A stretch of 64,000 bases of DNA from an uncultured Candidatus Saccharibacteria bacterium (GCA_964618955.1 CAZUBO010000003.1:5250-69249); one strand, 5' to 3'. Shown: positions 21,643 through 33,813, counted from the stretch's first letter. The notes: generated by a model from the sequence alone, not told the origin. Numbers and translations are program-made.

Positions 21643-21886
21643 ACCTTTGTCATTCTGTTAGAGCTTATATTCTGTAATTTCTAACAGAATGATAATGATT
21701 CTGAAAAAGCAAACACAAAACTCAGAAAAGTTCATTTTAATTCTGCTAATTGAGCCCAGTAATTAAGGGCTTACAATTAGACCGTTGGTCTTCTGTATAT
21801 CTAAAGAGAAGATGGTCGATAAATGGCTTGCGTTCATTTAAAGGATGAACAAAAACAATAATAAAAAATTTAAAATAATTTATATA

Positions 21887-23749
21887 ATGAAAAAATTACT
21901 CGCAATCGTTTTAGTTGCATCATTTGCTTTAGTTGGTGCCGTTAATGCTAGCGCAGTTACCGTTGAGGAATTACAAGCTCAAATAGCTACATTACTTCAA
22001 CAAATTGCTGCTCTATCAGGTACTACTACAACAACTACAACTACAACAACAACCGCTACTTTTTCAACCGACCTTTCACAAGGCATGACAAGTAACGATG
22101 TCAAAAATTTACAAGCAAGACTTGGTGTTAGCCAAACCGGTTACTTTGGTCCTTTGACCTTAGCAGCTGTTAAAGCTTATCAAGCTTCAAAAAATATTCC
22201 AGCTACTGGTTATGTTGGACCTTTGACAAGAGCTGCTTTAAATTCTTCAGCAACTCCAACTTCAACAGTTCCAGGTTGTGCTGCTGGTGCATTATTTAGT
22301 GCAACAACAGGTGCTTCTTGTACTGGTACAACTACCACTACAACAACTACAACAACCTCAACAACTACCGAAGGTACATTAACCGCCGTATCATCCCCAA
22401 CTTTTGTTGAAACAACATTAAAGAAAGGTGACACACAAAAAGCTATCTTAGCTACAAAATTGGAAGCTAAAAATTCCGATATCGCTATTAAGAGAATGGA
22501 TGTCGAAATTAGTGGTACTACAGTTCAACCATGAAAATCATTTTCATCTTTTGAATTGTATGTAAATGGAACCTTAATTAAAGGTATTCCAGCTATTAAA
22601 GAGAACTTCATTGAAAATAGCTATGCTATTAACTACACCTTAAGATTTGATAATATGTCCTTTACAGTTGCCAAAGGTACTACAGCTGATGTAGTGTTAA
22701 AGACAACAGTCCCATCAAATCCAGAAAATGTTACAGGAGTTTATACATTTAAATTCTTACAAACAAATTCTATTCGTGGTGTAGATACAGCAGGTATTGA
22801 TCAATATGCTCCAGCTACTACTCTTGCAAGCGCTGCATTTGACTCTTCAACTTGAACAGCTACAGCTGGCACATTAACTCTTTCTCTTAATGCTAATTCT
22901 CCAAAATTAGGATATATTTTTGGAAATACAACCGCAACAACATCTGATGTTGTACTAGGTTCAATAGATTTTAAGGGTGAGAATAGAGATACAACAATTA
23001 AGACATTAAAAGTTACTATGACTGATGCTGCTACTATTGCAAGCGCCGTCAAATTATATGATGGTTCTACATTATTAGCTAGTGTTGCTGGTGCTAACGG
23101 AGAGATCACTTTCTCTAACTTAGCTATCTTAATTGCTAAAGATACAACCAAGACTTTAACACTCAAGGCTGATCTTAAACCTATTGCAGGTGGATTAATT
23201 GGTGGTTCCATCTTAGGAACAATCACAGCTAACGCTTCTAAAGTTGTTGCCGTTGATTCCAACGATGATGTAGCTACAATTACAGCCGGTACAATTGCTA
23301 CAAAAGCATTGACCGCTTATGTCAAAGCTCCAGTTATTACTTTAGTTTCAACAAACATTGTTAAAACTACACAAGCTGGATCTTCTGATATTGCTGATGC
23401 TACAATCACATTTAATATCACTGCTACTGGTGGAGATATTTATTTGAAGAAAGCAGGTAACTTAACATCCGATACTGATAATGCTCCTGCCGCTGAAGGA
23501 TATAACTATACATCAACAGCCGACGCTTTCGATGGCAATTATTATATCATCAGAAGTGGTGAAACAAAATCAGTTACTGCTACAGGTCATTTAACTGGCG
23601 CAGATGCATTTGTTAAGATGTACTTGAAGGACTTCAAGTGAAATATTACCAATGCTACAGGTGATGCTACAGAAGTTCAAGTTACAACTTCAACTTATGA
23701 TTTGAGCACTTTCGTAACAAGCTCAATCTGATTAGAAACACTTCCTTAG
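21887..23749 (+). CDS. secreted peptidoglycan-binding surface protein (620 aa)
   Basis: Signal peptide; coiled VEELQAQIATLLQQIAAL; two poly-Thr linkers; PG_binding_1-like LQARLGVSQTGYFGPLTLAAVKAYQ and a second half repeat; beta-rich C-terminal region. Four in-frame TGAs. Confidence 0.75.
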
Positions 23750-23792
23750 TTCTTACTAAGCAATTGTCTAGTCGTGTTATGGCAACATAACA

Positions 23793-23825
23793 AAAAACCC
23801 GTCACATTTATGTGGCGGGTTTTTG
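23793..23825 (+). terminator. intrinsic terminator
   Basis: Stem acccgtcacat/atgtggcgggt followed by ttttt. Confidence 0.75.
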
Positions 23826-23884
23826 ATTGAGGAATATCTTTTTGTATGTTATAATTATTTAATTAGATTAATTAAAAATTTAAT

Positions 23885-24391
23885 TTGAATAATATAGATA
23901 ATAAAAAAACAATTCTTTGACAATTTTTTCTTCCGATAACAATATCTATTATAGGAATGATTATCACGATATTTTTATCGTACAAGACTTTAAAAGAAAC
24001 GCGCATTATCAAATCAGCTGAATTTATGCTAGAATTTAATAAAGAATTAAATGAAAAAACTATCTATAATATCTTAGATAGGGCGTCTAATAATTTACCT
24101 ATTTTAATAAATAATGGTGGGCCTTATACTAGCAACGACCTGAATGATGTTTTGGGAATTTTTGAAGATATTAATATTATAAAACAAAATAATATTTTAA
24201 CAGAAGATATGATTTATGAGTGATATGATGACGATCTTGAATCTATATGCGGTAATAAAGAATTTCAAAATTATATAAAATCAGAACAAAGTAAAGATCA
24301 AGAGTTGTGGTCGGGTGTTATTAATCTTGGTATAGAGATAATTCCTAATAACAAAAGCCACTGTCAATTTTTTCACCAATTCTCAAAATAA
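23885..24391 (+). CDS. hypothetical N-terminally anchored protein
   Basis: TTG start is tentative. One transmembrane segment (ITISIIGMIITIFLSY). Two in-frame TGAs. Confidence 0.4.
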
Positions 24392-24634
24392 CTATTTGCT
24401 ATATATCCTAAATATACATTTTTGGCAATCTATAAAAAAATATCCTCCAAACACTTGATTTTTTTTAAAAAATACTTTATATTATACATAACAAAATAAT
24501 TTATACTTGGTCGACGATTTATACCAAATATTTATTTATAAATGCATAATAAATAAATACAAAATATTAAATCGATTGTATAAATGATTTAGTTTTTAGC
24601 TTTATATAAATAAAATAAAAAATAAGAAAATAAT

Positions 24635-26134
24635 ATGAAAAAATTTTTATCTATTTTAACAGTCCTGCTTTTTGTTTTTGCATTTAGTGCAAACTTGACA
24701 CATGCCGCTGCTATTGCTGATGTAGTTTATACACCAACAACATCTGTTGTAGGCAGTTCACCTGCAACAAGTGCAACTTTGACAACTTTTACTACAACAA
24801 CAGCTGTTGTAGGTGGTCATTATATTGTATTAACATTTCCTACTGGTACAGTTTTAAATTCAGCCAACATTGTTAAAGGTGATTTTACAATTCAAGAGAC
24901 TGGTGCTGGATCAGCTGCTACTGCCCCTGTAGCCGTAACAACGGATGCTGGTGCTAGAACACTTACATTTATTGTTCACCCATCTTCTATCTCATCTGAT
25001 ACGCCAGGTATTGGTGTATTTACAATTGCCTTGTCTGGTACTGCTGAGGGAAATGAAATTGTTCATCCAACAACCAAAACTACTACTGGGTCATTTTCAG
25101 TAGCTACTGAAGCTGGTGATAGTGGTGCTGATGCCGATGTAACTTTTGTGGCTGGTAATATGACTCATTGAGATGTTGCTCCTGCAGCTGTTACTGCTGG
25201 CTCAGCTTTCAATGTTGTTATTACTGCTCACGATGTATATAACAATCAAACTACTAAACAAACAGATGGTACGGCTTTGGGTGATGAAGCCTTAACAATC
25301 ACATCTACTGCTACAGCTATCGGTGCCAATATTCCAACTTACAATGGTAACGATTTGAGAGATGGTGAAGCTGTTACTATTAATTTTGCCACTGGTCAAG
25401 GAACTGCTACTAATTTCATTTTCTACAAAGCTACAGAAACTCCAACAATAACAATTGCTTCAAGTTCAGTTGCAGCTATGACCGGAACTTCAACCGCTAT
25501 AACAGTAGCCACTGGAGTAAAAGATGAAGTTTTAATTTCGTCTGTTAAACCAACTATTGGTTATATTTATCAAAATATTTCTCCACAATTATCGGCTAAA
25601 TTAGTTGATGCTTATGGTAACACAGTAACATCTGATGATACTTCAGAAATTACCTTCAAGGCTTATACTTCAGCTGATTGTCTTACAACTGCTGCCAATC
25701 CAGATTTAACTGGAACTAAAGTGGTCGCCGTTACTGATGGTGTAGCTACTTTTCCTGGATTAAGATATAATACTGTTAATACAACAGGTATTTATATTCG
25801 AGCATCACACGATTTAGATACTAGTGGTACAATTTTAGTTGGTACTCCAAAAGAATATGATTGTACAAACTTAATTAAGGTTTATGCTAATGGTGGACAG
25901 ACTGTTACAAGTAGTTATTCAGGAACTACAACAACAACTACTACTCCAACTACTACAGTTACAACAGCTCCTGCTACTACAACAACTACCGCTCCAGCTT
26001 TTCAAGGCAAGATGCCAGTTGCTTCAAAAGCAATTAGCGCTATGACCCTAACTGAAAAGAATTCATACATTATGGAACTTCAAACATTCTTAATTCAATT
26101 GTTAACTCAATTATTAACATTAATGAAGAAATAG
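24635..26134 (+). CDS. secreted surface protein with Ig-like (invasin/Big-type) repeats (499 aa)
   Basis: Signal peptide. Segments such as DVAPAAVTAGSAFNVVITAHDVYNNQ and LSAKLVDAYGNTV resemble Big-type domains. Poly-Thr/Pro linker. C-terminal LQTFLIQLLTQLLTL helix. Confidence 0.6.
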
Positions 26135-26150
26135 TAGTTCTTAAAAATTA

Positions 26151-26175
26151 AAAAAGACTCGAAAGGGTCTTTTTT
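26151..26175 (+). terminator. intrinsic terminator with GAAA tetraloop
   Basis: Stem agactc/gggtct followed by tttttt. Confidence 0.7.
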
Positions 26176-26217
26176 AATTTGCTTAATCTTCACATCTTTG
26201 ATATATTAAATAATATT

Positions 26218-26778
26218 ATGGAAGACCAAAATATACAAAATATAATACAATTCAAACAAGGCAATCCTAATGCTTTTAATATTTTAGTAAAAGACAATTT
26301 AAAATCAGTTTTAAACTTTGTTTATCGGTATATTTATGATACTGAATTAGCAGAAGATATTACTCAAGAAGTTTTTATCAAAGTTTGAAAAAATATATCA
26401 AAATTTGATACTTCCAAGAACTTCAAACCTTGATTATTCAAAATTGCCAGAAATACTGCTTTGGATTTTATTAAAAAAAGAAAATTAATTCCATTTTCAA
26501 GTTTTGAAAATGATAATGAAGAAAATCATTTTATCAATAATTTAGAAGATCAATCCAAAACTCTTTTAGAAGAAATTAATCTTCAAGAACAAAAAGAGTT
26601 CTTAAATGACTTTCTTCAAGAGCTCAAACCAAACCAGCAATTAGTTTTCTTCTTGTATTACTATGAAGAACTGACTTTCAAAGAGATTTCTGAAACTTTA
26701 AGTATTTCCATAAATACCATTAAAAGTCGTCATCTTCGAGGTCTTGAAAAATTAAAAGCCATAATGCACCAAAATTAA
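26218..26778 (+). CDS. ECF-type sigma-70 family factor
   Basis: QEVFIKV-W-K ... FKP-W-LFKIARNTALDFIKKRK (region 2) and LTFKEISETLSISINTIKSRHLRG (region 4). Both TGAs (26386, 26431) fall on conserved Trp positions. Confidence 0.85.
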
Positions 26779-26806
26779 TAAATCAATCGTATTAAATATA
26801 TATACC

Positions 26807-27208
26807 ATGAAATACAATATTATAAATCCTTCTACTAATCTTTATGATCGTATCATTTTGGCGATTAAGAAGGAACAAGAGACTCGAAAAACAAAAAAAT
26901 TGTTTTTACTATTATCAGTAATTTTTGTTTTGTCTTTTACTATTACAATTGTTTCAATTGTTCTTTTTATTAAAGAATTCAATGCTAGTGGTACTATCTA
27001 TGTTATTAAAACTGCCTTGTCAGACCTAAGTCTTTTTAAAACTCTTTGACAGTACTTTTTCTTAGCCTTTATCGAGCTTTTACCTATAACCAATATTATT
27101 CTTTTCTTAATCTGCCTGTTTATCACTATCTTTGCCTTAAGACTCTTAATGTACAAAAAATACCTATTAATAAAAACTTTATTAAATTATTCTCATGGAA
27201 CTAGATAA
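26807..27208 (+). CDS. small membrane protein in the anti-sigma position
   Basis: Short cytoplasmic N-terminus followed by transmembrane segments, immediately after the sigma gene. One in-frame TGA. Confidence 0.45.
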
Positions 27209-27692
27209 AAAATATTTTAAAATTAGTGAAGAATTTTTAAAGCCATTTCTTATGGTTTTGTTTTTGATTGTTTTTGGCTTTGCTATGTTTCAATTTGGTA
27301 CCAATCTTGGTTCTAATCGTGGTCGTTTTGCTTGTAATTGAGCCAAAAATTATCAAAATAACTTTGGTGGCCCTAGATTTGGCTTTGGTCAAGATCAGCC
27401 CTTTAATGATTTTGTTGATGGTCATGGCATTTTTGGTGAAATTATCAAAATTAATAAAACTGATATTGTGGTTACTAGCAAAGAAGGTGTTGAAAAAATT
27501 ATCAATATATCTGACAAAACTATTATCAAATCCTTTGAAAAAGATATAACAATTGAAAATCTCAAACTCAATGATCGTCTTATGATTATTGGTGACCCTA
27601 ATGATCAAGGGCAAATCGATGCTAAACTAATCAGAATTTTTAATAAACCAACTTCCATGAATTTTAAACCTTTTAATTATGACAAAAATTAA
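27195..27692 (+). CDS. membrane-anchored beta-rich protein, domain shared with 31306-31746
   Basis: Overlaps the previous gene by 14 nt. The C-terminal pattern (G-x-I ... ITIENLKLNDRLMIIGDPNDQGQIDAKLIRI) recurs in the 31306 protein. Confidence 0.5.
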
Positions 27693-29334
27693 TTTTAAAA
27701 AGCTCCTAAGCAACAAGAAGTTTATTATTGTTTTTATCCTTGTAATTTCTCTTCTTATTTATTTCATTTTTAAAGCAACGTCTTCAAAAAATCAACAACC
27801 TACTTATACTACTGTTCAAGCTGAAAAGGGGACTCTTATCAGTAGTGTCTCTGGTAGTGGTCAGATTGTTGCTTTTGATGAAATCGAAATCAAACCAAAA
27901 ATTTCAGGTAAAGTCACCTATATTAATTTAAAAAATGGTAAAAAAGTCAATCAAGGCGATCTTTTAATTCAGCTCGATTCAACCGAAGCTCAAAAAAATG
28001 TTTGGGATGCTAAAATTAATTTAGCTAATGCCAAACTTTCTTCCAAAGATCTTAGCCAAGAATCCAATGATTCTCTAGCTGTTGCTTACAATAATACTTT
28101 AAATTCTTTAACTTCTAATTACAAAGACATTTCTACTTTACTCCCCAATATTCGTCCACTTTTTGAACAAAGTAGTTACAATTCTTCTGAAGAAGACAAC
28201 AATGATGCTGACTATTATCTAAGATTAGTTAGATTTATCCAAAAAAATCGTAATGTTGGGATTGATTTGTCTTACTGAACCAAAACAGTTGAAAAACAAT
28301 ATTTAGATATTGAAGGTAAGTATTCAACCATTCAATCAACTGCCTGAGCTTTGAATAATAGCTCTGATAGAACTCAAATTGAAGATATTTTAAACCAAAC
28401 TTATTCGCTCGATCAAGAATTCTTAGATTTAATTCGTCAAACTTTAAATCTTACCCAGAAATATCAATATCTAATTAATACCGAGAATATCTCAACTCCA
28501 ATTGCAACTTCAACTACTACAAATCAAATAGCAAAATTATCAGAATTAAATTCTTCCTTGATCTCTCATGTCAATGATTTAAAATCAGTCAAAGATGCTT
28601 TGACTACTGCCAAAGATACTTTTAAAAAGGTTGAAGTTAATTCTGAAACCCAAGAATTAACTATCAAACAGAAAGAATTAGATTTAAAATCAGCCAACGA
28701 AACTTTAAATTCCAACTTTATCTATGCTACTTTAACTGGTGTCTTAACTTCCATTAATGCCCAATTAAAAGTTGGTGATACCGTTTCTAATTCAACTTCA
28801 ATTGCTACTCTAGCCACTAATCAACAAATTGCTGAGATTACTTTAAATGAAGTTGACGTTGCCAAAGTAAAACTTGATCAAAAAGCCAGCATAACTTTTG
28901 ATGCCATCGAAGATTTAACTTTAACTGGTAAGGTCATCGAAGTTGACGATGTTGGTACTACTGATCAAGGTGTAGTAACTTATGGGGTTAAAATTGCTTT
29001 TGATGAACAAGACGGCCGTATCAAACAAGGCATGAGTGCTAGTGTTGAAATCATTACTGATATCAAAACTGATATTTTTGTAGTTTCTTCTAGTGCTATC
29101 AAAAACGATTCTACTGGTAACTATATTGAAATTCTCAATACTGACCAAACTATTTCTAAAAAATATATTACTGTAGGTATCTCTAATGATACCCAAACAG
29201 AAATTCAAAGTGGTCTTACTGGTAATGAAACTATCATTATTAAAACTTCTGCTTCAACTAGTAAAAAAACCAGTACTACTTCAGCTACAAAAAATGCTTT
29301 TTCTATTCCTGGTATGGGGGGTGGCCCTCGTTAG
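27679..29334 (+). CDS. MacA/HlyD-family membrane fusion protein
   Basis: N-terminal transmembrane segment; lipoyl-like KVTYINLKNGKKVNQGDLLIQLD; long coiled coil; beta-barrel C-terminus. Two in-frame TGAs. Confidence 0.75.
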
Positions 29335-29357
29335 CTATTAATATCTAAAACTATACA

Positions 29358-30035
29358 ATGATTGAAGTAAAAAATTTAGTAAAAATATATAGAACTGGAG
29401 AAGTTGAAACCAGAGCATTGGACAATATTTCTTTTAAAGTTAATAAAGGCGAATTTGTTGCTATCATTGGTCCTTCAGGTTGTGGCAAATCAACTTTAAT
29501 GCATATTCTGGGTTGCTTAGATACTCCCACAACAGGCAAATATTTTTTAGATCAAAAAGACGTTTCACTTCTAAATGATAATGAATTAGCTGAGATTAGA
29601 GCTACTCAAATTGGTTTTGTTTTTCAATCTTTTAATCTTCTACCTCAAATTACTGTTTTGAGAAATACCATGTTACCTTTAATCTATACCAATACTCCTA
29701 AAAGCCAAAGAGAGTCTATTGCTAGGGGTATTTTAAAAGAAGTTAATTTCGAAGAAAATCATATTTATCATTTTTCTAATCAACTTTCTGGTGGCCAAGT
29801 TCAGCGAGCTGCTATTGCCAGAGCTCTAATCAACAATCCTTCTATTATTCTGGCTGATGAACCTACTGGCAATCTTGATAGCAAGAATAGCGAAATCATT
29901 TTGAAAACTTTTAAAGATTTGAATCAACTTGGTCATACTATCATTTTAATCACTCATGACCAAGATATTGCTAATCAAGCTGGTCGTATAATTTCAATCA
30001 AAGATGGAAAAATAATCAAAGATATTAAAAATTAA
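29358..30035 (+). CDS. MacB/LolD-type ABC transporter ATPase
   Basis: Walker A GPSGCGKST, signature LSGGQVQR, Walker B ILADEPTGNLD, H-loop ITHD. Confidence 0.9.
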   Translation: MIEVKNLVKIYRTGEVETRALDNISFKVNKGEFVAIIGPSGCGKSTLMHILGCLDTPTTGKYFLDQKDVSLLNDNELAEIRATQIGFVFQSFNLLPQITVLRNTMLPLIYTNTPKSQRESIARGILKEVNFEENHIYHFSNQLSGGQVQRAAIARALINNPSIILADEPTGNLDSKNSEIILKTFKDLNQLGHTIILITHDQDIANQAGRIISIKDGKIIKDIKN

Positions 30036-30039
30036 TTTT

Positions 30040-31263
30040 ATGCTAATTTCCGACTTAATTCAAGAAACTTATTCTGCTATCTTTGCTAACAAAGTCAGAT
30101 CTGGTCTTACTATTTTAGGTATTGTCATTGGTATTGGTTCAGTTGTAGCTATGATTTCTATTGGTCAAGGCGCCAAAGGTAGTATTGAAAAAAGTATTCA
30201 ATCTATTGGCTCTAATTTAATTATGGTCTATCCTGGTTCCCAACAAAAAGTTGGTACTCAGGTTAGAGGTGGTTTTGGTTCAGCTCAAACTTTAACCAAA
30301 GCTGATGCCGAGGCTATCGAAAAAGAAGTTTCTAATATTGAATATGTTGCTCCAGAAATATCTAAACGCTATCAAATAACTTCCAAGGGAACCAATAGTA
30401 ATGTTAGTGTAGTTGGTGTTACTTCAGTCTACAATACTGTAAAAAATATTGAACTTGATTCTGGATCTTTTGTATCCGATCAACAGCTGAATAGCTTATC
30501 AAAAGTTGCAGTTTTGGGACCAAATACCAATACAGAACTTTTCGGTGAAGGCATTAATTCTATTGGTAAAAAAATTCGTATCAATAGAATTGATTTTACC
30601 ATTATTGGTATTACCAAAGCCAAAGGAGGTACTGGCTTTGGTAGTCAAGATGATATTGTATATATTCCTTTGACTACTGCTCAAAAGTTTTTAACTGGTA
30701 AAGACTATGTTTCTACTATCAATGTTCAAACTATAGATCAAAAGTCAATGGCACAAGCCCAAGAAGATATTACTTCTTTGCTTCTAGCTCGTCATGATAT
30801 CTACAATGCCGATTTAGCTGATTTTACTGTATATAATCAAAATGATATTGTTGCCGCAGCTTCGTCAGTTACCAATACTTTTACCGTTCTTTTAGCTGCT
30901 ATAGCTAGTATTTCACTATTAGTTGGCGGCATTGGTATAATGAATATGATGCTAACTTCAGTTGCTGAGCGCACTAACGAAATTGGTCTTCGTAAATCCA
31001 TTGGTGCCAAAAAACAAGATATCAATTTGCAATTTTTGGCCGAATCAACCCTTCTAACAATTGTCGGTGGTATTCTTGGAATAATTTTTGGTTGAATTGC
31101 TGCTTTTTGTATGACTTACTTTGCTAAAATCACTACCAGTGTTTCCATTTCTTCAATTCTTCTAGCTTTTGGTGTATCTTTTGTCATTGGTCTTGCTTTT
31201 GGCTATTATCCTGCTTCTAGAGCTGCTAATTTAAATCCAATAGACGCTTTAAGAAGACAATAA
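30040..31263 (+). CDS. MacB/FtsX-type ABC permease
   Basis: MacB periplasmic domain plus FtsX motifs GGIGIMNMMLTSVAERTNEIGLRKSIGA. Extended past TGA 31093-31095; C-terminal YYPASRAANLNPIDALRRQ. Confidence 0.85.
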
Positions 31264-31305
31264 AATATTTAAATTAATAATTAAAAAAATATTAAACTTT
31301 GTATT

Positions 31306-31746
31306 ATGAATAAAAAAACAATGTTAACTTATGGCATAACTACTTTGCTTGTAATCATTTCTTTTGTTGCTGGTATGCAAACTGGCAAATCAAGAAATAC
31401 CAACAAAGCTTTTGGTAATAGAAACATTCCTAATGGTATGAATCAAAACTTCAATAAAGGTACTGGTATGAATATTCGTTCTGGCGCTAGCAACATTATG
31501 GGTGAAGTACTCTCTAAAGACGAAAATTCTTTAACCATTAAATCCAAAACTGGTTCTAAAATAGTCATCGTTTCTAAGTCAACAGAAGTTTTCAAAACTA
31601 TCACTGGCAGTATCGCTGATATTGCTGTTGGTACTAATGTTGTGATTACTGGTAAAGAAGGCGATGGCAATTCTACTGTAGCAGATAGTATTAGAATTGT
31701 TGATAAAGTTACTATGCCTCAATTATCACCCACTAAACAAGATTAA
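31306..31746 (+). CDS. small secreted/anchored beta-rich protein
   Basis: N-terminal transmembrane segment or signal; C-terminal domain resembles that of 27195-27692. Confidence 0.5.
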   Translation: MNKKTMLTYGITTLLVIISFVAGMQTGKSRNTNKAFGNRNIPNGMNQNFNKGTGMNIRSGASNIMGEVLSKDENSLTIKSKTGSKIVIVSKSTEVFKTITGSIADIAVGTNVVITGKEGDGNSTVADSIRIVDKVTMPQLSPTKQD

Positions 31747-32050
31747 ATTCAAACTATAAAGCAAAAAGAGAGTCGTAAAAACGACTCTCTATATAAATTC
31801 TAATTAACAATACCTTCTATGCTATTTACGAAGAACCATACGGAGCCCCACATATATAAGGATTTACTTGTTATATATATATTATAGTAAATAATTTATT
31901 AAAGTCAATAGTATTCTTAAATATTCTTTGTTGGAAAATATTAATCTTTTTAATATTTAAATATTAAACTATTTGACTTTTTTTGTGAATTATTATATAT
32001 TAAACATGATAGCAAAAGTCAATTATAAATAATTTTAATTTATAATTATT

Positions 32051-32881
32051 ATGCGCAGAATAAAATCTCACACAATGCAAAAACTGGAATATATTCAAAA
32101 ATATATTAGTGCTTATACAGTTGCAACAAAAAAGTTGCCCTTCAAATATTATATTGATGCTTTTGCTGGAAGTGGATTATGTATTTTGTGCGATGAAAAA
32201 TGTAAATCACGAGGGAAAAATAAATGTAGCAAATGCAGTCGAGGAAAGATAGTAAGCGGTTCTGCTATAATTGCATGTAATATCTTAAATCGTTTTCAGA
32301 GATATATTTTTATAGATCTAGATAAGAATTGTATCAAAGAATTAAAAAATGCTATTAAGTCGTTCGATGAACCATTACAAAATATTATTAGAATAGAACA
32401 AGGCGATGCCAATGTAATATTAAAAGATTTCTACAAAAATGCGTCTAGATTTAACGGCTATTTAGTATTACTTGATCCTGAGGGTCCAGAACTTAAATGA
32501 AAAACTATTGAAGCGTTAGCCAAAATACCTAAGATAGATCTTCTTATACTATATCCTTATGACATGGCAATCGTAAGATTGACAAAAGAGTACATAGAAT
32601 TATTAGATGAATTTTATGGCGATAAGGCTTGGATAGATATCTATAGGGATAAAAATAATTGCACGGCAGAGAAAAGAAAGACAGCGTTGTTAAATTTTTA
32701 TATCTCTAATTTAAATAAGTTAGGTCTTGGGCAGGTTGTTTATAAACAAATCCGCAAAAATATTAGAGATGGACATCCTCTTTATCATTTGATATTAGCC
32801 AGTCGTAATTCGGTTGCCAAAAATATAATGAATGATATTTTTGGCAAGGAATTAGACGGTCAAGAAAAATTAAAATTTTAA
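32051..32881 (+). CDS. TcmP-like (three-Cys-motif partner protein) with methyltransferase-like fold and a zinc-ribbon insert
   Basis: HTMQKLEYIQKYI ... YYIDAFAGSG (SAM motif I-like), insert C-x2-C-x14-C-x2-C, then LLDPEGPE. Track ORFs 32051-32500 and 32564-32881 join through TGA 32498. Confidence 0.55.
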
Positions 32882-32892
32882 AGAATAATATT

Positions 32893-33738
32893 ATGAAAAA
32901 AATAATGCGAAAAACATTATTGTATAAAACTAAGGTTGAATATGGTGATTGAACAATCAACCATATTTTAGGTTGCTCTCATGGCTGTAATTTTCCTTGC
33001 TATGCAATGCTTATGGCCAAAAGATTCGGCTGAATTAAGAGCTATAACGACTGAAGAAAACCGCAAATAGTAGAAAACGCTTTAGAATTATTAGAAAAAG
33101 AAATACCATTATACAAAGATAAAATAAAATTTGTGCATTTATGCTTTATGACAGACCCATTCATGTATGATGATAAAACAAAGAAATTAATTCCTGAAAT
33201 TAAAGAATTAACTACAAAAATAATAGAAAGATTGAATAAAGATAAAATAAAAGTTACTACTTTGACAAAAGGTCTCTATCCTAAAGAGATTGCATCAAAT
33301 AAGAAGCTTTTAAAATCTAATGAATATGGTATTACCCTGGTGTCTTTAAACAAAAACTTCAAAGATAAATTTGAACCATTCTCTTCTCCTTATAGAGCAA
33401 GAATTAATTCTTTAAAAAAATTAGCGGATGCTGGATTAAATACTTGGGTAAGTATGGAACCATATCCAATACCAGAATACGATAATGATGCTGAAAACAT
33501 AGAAAAGGTATTAAATGAAATTAAATTTGTTAAAAAGATAGTTTTTGGAAAGTTAAATTACAAAAAATTAACTATGGAAAAATCATTAGATTCTAATAGC
33601 TGAGCTAATAGCGATGATTTTTACAGAGCTATGTCTCAAAAGGTTATTGATTTTTGTAAAAAGAACAAAATACAATATCATATTAAAATTGGTACCCCAT
33701 TGAGCACGGAAAAGCCAAACAAGCTTTTTAGTAAGTAA
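32893..33738 (+). CDS. radical-SAM-like protein (SplB/COG1533-like) with non-canonical CX3CX3C motif
   Basis: INHILGCSHGCNFPCYAM, followed by a TIM-barrel-like alternation of strands and helices. Four in-frame TGAs. Starts 12 nt after the TcmP-like stop. Confidence 0.55.
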
Positions 33739-33813
33739 TTATTAGTTGTAATTTATGCTCTTATTGACTTGAATATCAAAGTTTGTTAAACTATAGCCAT
33801 AATATAGACTAAT

